Positions 59,801-64,000 of a stretch of 64,000 nucleotides of DNA are shown piece by piece. Source of the DNA: the human T2T-CHM13v2.0 reference genome, Homo sapiens. The notes beneath the pieces were generated by a model that did not search any database, was not told the DNA's origin, and worked only from the letters and a program-made list of their open reading frames with translations. The DNA is taken from NCBI RefSeq assembly GCF_009914755.1, contig NC_060925.1; one strand, written 5' to 3'. Position numbers and translations under genes: made by a program. How positions within the stretch are numbered: position 1 is the first letter of the stretch; the number at the start of each line of letters is the position of its first letter.

Positions 59801-62207
59801 ATGGAATCGTCATCGAATGGAAATGAAAGGATTCATCATCTAATGGAATTGCATGGAATCATCATAAAATGGAATCGAATGGAATCAACATCAAATGGAA
59901 TCAAATGGAATCATTGAACGGAATTGAATGGAATCGTCATCGAATGAATTGACTGCAATCATCGAATGGTCTCGAATGGAATCATCTTCAAATGGAATGG
60001 AATGGAATCATCGCATAGAATCGAATGGAATTATCATCGAATGGAATCGAATGGAATCAACATCAAACGGAAAAAAACGGAATTATCGAATGGAATCGAA
60101 GAGAATCATCGAATGGACCCGAATGGAATCATCTAATGGAATGGAATGGAATAATCCATGGACTCGAATGCAATCATCATCGAATGGAATCGAATGGAAT
60201 CATCGAATGGACTCGAATGGAATAATCATTGAACGGAATCGAATGGAATCATCATCGGATGGAAATGAATGGAATCATCATCGAATGGAATCGAATAGAA
60301 TTATGGAATGAAATCCAGTGTGATCATCATCGAATGGACCCGAATGGAATCATCATCCAACGGAAGCTAATGGAATCAACATCGAATGAATCAAATGGAA
60401 ACACCATCGAATTGAAACGAATGGAATTATCATGAAATTGAAATGGATGGACTCATCATCGAATGGATTCGAATGGAATCATCGAATAAAATTGATTGAA
60501 ATCATCATCGAATGGAATCGAATGGTATCATTGAATGGAATCGAATGGAATCATCATCAGATGGAAATGAATGGAATCGTCATAGAATGGAATCGAATGG
60601 ATTCATTGAATGGAATCAGATGGAATCATCGAATGGACTGGAATGGAATCATTGAATGGACTCGAAAGGGATCATGATTGAATGGAATTGAATGGAATCA
60701 TCGAATGGTCTCGATTGGAATCATTATCAAATGGAATCGAATGGAATCACCGAATAGAATCGAATGGAACAATCATCGAATGGACTCAAATGGAATTATC
60801 CTCAAATGGAATCGAATGGAATTATCGAATGCAATCGAATGGAATTATCGAATGCAATCGAATAGAATCATCGAATGGACTCGAATGGAATCATCGAATG
60901 GAATGGAATGGAACAGTCAATGAACTCGAATGGAATCATCATTGAATGGAATCGAATGGAATCATCGAGTGGAATCGAATGGAATTATGATCAAATGGAA
61001 TCGAATGTAATCATCATCAAATGGAATAAAAAATAACCATCATCAATTGGTATTGAATGGAATTGTCATCAAATGGAATTCAAAGGAATCATCATCAAAT
61101 GGAACCGAATGGAATCCTCATTGAATGGAAATGAAAGGGGTCATCATCTAATGGAATCGCATGGAATCATCATCAAATGGAATCGAATGGAATCATCATC
61201 AAATGGAATCTAATGGAATCATTGAACAGAATTGAATGGAATCGTCATCGAATGAATTGAATGCAATCATCGAATGGTCTCGAATGGAATCATCTTCTAA
61301 TGGAAAGGAATGGAATCATCGCATAGAATCGAATGGAATTATCATCGAATGGAATCGAATGGTATCAACACCAAACGGAAAAAAACGGAATTATCGAATG
61401 GAATCGAAGAGAATCTTCGAACGGACCCGAATGGAATCATCTAATGGAATGGAATGGAATAATCCATGGACTCGAATGCAATCATCATCGAATGGAATCG
61501 AATGGAATCATCGAATGGACTCGAATGGAATAATCATTGAACGGAATCGAATGGAATCATCATCGGATGGAAACGAATGGAATCATCATCGAATGGAAAT
61601 GAAAGGAGTCATCATCTAATGGAATTGCATGGAATCATCATAAAATGGAATCGAATGGAATCAACATCAAATGGAATCAAATGGAATCATTGAACGGAAT
61701 TGAATGGAATCGTCATCGAATGAATTGACTGCAATCATCGAATGGTCTCGAATGGAATCATCTTCAAATGGAATGGAATGGAATCATCGCATAGAATCGA
61801 ATGGAATTATCATCGAATGGAATCGAATGGAATCAACATCAAACGGAAAAAAACGGAATTATCGAATGGAATCGAAGAGAATCATCGAATGGACCCGAAT
61901 GGAATCATCTAATGGAATGGAATGGAATAATCCATGGACTCGAATGCAATCATCATCGAATGGAATCGAATGGAATCATCGAATGGACTCGAATGGAATA
62001 ATCATTGAACGGAAACGAATGGAATCATCATCGGATGGAAATGAATGGAATCATCATCGAATGGAATCGAATAGAATTATGGAATGAAATCCAGTGTGAT
62101 CATCATCGAATGGACCCGAATGGAATCATCATCCAACGGAAGCTAATGGAATCAACATCGAATGAATCAAATGGAAACACCATCGAATTGAAACGAATGG
62201 AATTATC

Positions 62208-64000
62208 ATGAAATTGAAATGGATGGACTCATCATCGAATGGATTCGAATGGAATCATCGAATAAAATTGATTGAAATCATCATCAAATGGAATCGAATG
62301 GTATCATTGAATGGAATCGAATGGAATCGTCATCAGATGGAAATGAATGGAATCGTCATAGAATGGAATCGAATGGATTCATTGAATGGAATCAGATGGA
62401 ATCATCGAATGGACTGGAATGGAATCATTGAATGGACTCGAAAGGGATCATGATTGAATGGAATTGAATGGAATCATCGAATGGTCTCGATTGGAATCAT
62501 TATCAAATGGAATCGAATGGAATCACCGAATAGAATCGAATGGAACAATCATCGAATGGACTCAAATGGAATTATCCTCAAATGGAATCGAATGGAATTA
62601 TCGAATGCAATCGAATAGAATCATCGAATGGACTCGAATGGAATCATCGAATGGAATGGAATGGAACAGTCAATGAACTCGAATGGAATCATCATTGAAT
62701 GGAATCGAATGGAATCATCAAGTGGAATCGAATGGAATTATGATCAAATGGAATCGAATGTAATCATCATCAAATGGAATCAAAAATAACCATCATCAAT
62801 TGGTATTGAATGGAATTGTCATCAAATGGAATTCAAAGGAATCATCATCAAATGGAACCGAATGGAATCCTCATTGAATGGAAATGAAAGGGGTCATCAT
62901 CTAATGGAATCGCATGGAATCATCATCAAATGGAATCGAAGGGAATCATCATCAAATGGAATCTAATGGAATCATTGAACAGAATTGAATGGAATCGTCA
63001 TCGAATGAATTGAATGCAATCATCGAATGGTCTCGAATGGAATCATCTTCTAATGGAAAGGAATGGAATCATCGCATAGAATCGAATGGAATTATCATCG
63101 AATGGAATCGAATGGTATCAACACCAAACGGAAAAAAACGGAATTATCGAATGGAATCGAAGAGAATCTTCGAACAGACCCGAATGGAATCATCTAATGG
63201 AATGGAATGGAATAATCCATGGACTCGAATGCAATCATCATCGAATGGAATGGAATGGAATCATCGAATGGACTCGAATGGAATAATCATTGAACGGAAT
63301 CGAATGGAATCATCATCGGATGGAAACGAATGGAATCATCATCGAATGGAAATGAAAGGAGTCATCATCTAATGGAATTGCATGGAATCATCATAAAATG
63401 GAATCGAATGGAATCAACATCAAATGGAATCAAATGGAATCATTGAACGGAATTGAATGGAATCGTCATCGAATGAATTGAATGCAATCATCGAATGGTC
63501 TCGAATGGAATCATCTTCAAAAGAAATGGAATGGAATCATCGCATAGAATCGAATGGAATTATCATCGAATGGAATCGAATGGAATCAACATCAAACGGA
63601 AAAAAACGGAATTATCGAATGGAATCGAAGAGAATCATCGAAAGGACCCGAATGGAATCATCTAATGGAATGGAATGGAATAATCCATGGACTCGAATGC
63701 AATCATCATCGAATGGAATCGAATGGAATCATCGAATGGACTCGAATGGAATAATCATTGAACGGAATCGAATGGAATCATCATCGGATGGAAATGAATG
63801 GAATCATCATCGAGTGGAAATGAAAGGAGTCATCATCTAATGCAATTGCATGGAATCATCATAAAATGGAATCGAATGGAATCAACATCAAATGGAATCT
63901 AATGGAATCATTGAACAGAATTGAATGGAATCGTCATCGAATGAATTGACTGCAATCATCGAATGGTCTCGAATGGAATCATCTTCAAATGGAATGGAAT
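62208..64000 (+). repeat. Partial three-sub-repeat unit carrying a private 23 bp deletion; truncated by the window end
   Basis: Only one copy of GAATGGAATTATCGAATGCAATC is present at ~62590-62612 (normally two). Sub-repeats start at 62989, 63457 and ~63925. Confidence 0.88.

Larger units (their letters stand above)
1..64000. repeat. Human satellite 2 (HSat2/HSATII) tandem array, 1776 bp unit (probably chr1q12 pericentromeric heterochromatin, pUC1.77/D1Z1 type)
   Basis: The entire window is degenerate GAATGGAATC/GAATCATCATC/TCGAATG repeat. The reverse complement is rich in CATTCGATTC, the HSat2 signature, rather than the mostly pure (CATTC)n of HSat3. Landmarks recur every 1776 bp (ATGAAATTGAAATGG at 21, 1797; 4636, 6412, 8188, 9964, 11740, 13516...). 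The family call is direct; the chr1 assignment is inferred from the known 1.77 kb periodicity. Confidence 0.96.

Noticed and set aside
21-63840. Numerous + strand ORFs of 61-163 aa rich in MEWN/NGIEW/ESSS motifs
   Set aside because: They are translations of the GAATG/ATC repeat in overlapping frames, recur with the satellite period and are opened or closed by random SNVs (e.g. TTA/TGA at ~265/2040). There is no gene structure or real domain. Similar 'hypothetical proteins' in databases are known satellite-contamination artefacts.
1-64000. CRISPR-like or prokaryotic repeat-spacer array
   Set aside because: There are no unique spacers, no constant repeat flanking variable sequence and no cas genes; all sequence derives from the same pentamer.
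1-64000. HSat3 (e.g. DYZ1 ~3.5 kb or chr9) or alpha satellite
   Set aside because: Pure GGAAT runs are only about 3 copies long, and ATC triplets with TCGA dominate, which indicates HSat2. The 3552 bp offset is a local dimer of 1776, not the base period. There is no 171 bp alphoid monomer.

Overview
The whole 64 kb window is one uninterrupted, single-orientation block of human satellite 2 (HSat2/HSATII). It is built from GAATG/GAATC pentamers plus ATC triplets (the minus strand reads CATTCGATTC) and organised as a 1776 bp unit with one EcoRI site per unit. This matches the classical 1.77 kb chromosome 1q12 pericentromeric satellite (pUC1.77/D1Z1 type); the chromosome assignment is inferred from unit length, not verified. 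I see no real genes, RNA genes, transposons or unique sequence, and all ORFs in the track are artefacts of the repeat. The informative signal is the array architecture. Each 1776 bp unit contains an internal 2x468 bp duplication. Structural variant units of 1063 (-713), 1386 (-390), 2244 (+468) and 1854 bp (+468-390) occur, plus one 23 bp deletion. These variants and shared SNVs define nested higher-order duplications at offsets of 1776, 3552, 4020, 7260, 11719, 13495, 14832 and 22092/19848 bp, and two structurally different domains that meet near 32-33 kb. I found no previously undescribed gene system. The best leads are the higher-order repeat history, an apparently recurrent 390 bp deletion with two different crossover points, and regularly spaced DUX4-type motifs. 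Offsets come from the ORF-track coordinates plus by-eye checks, not from computed alignments.
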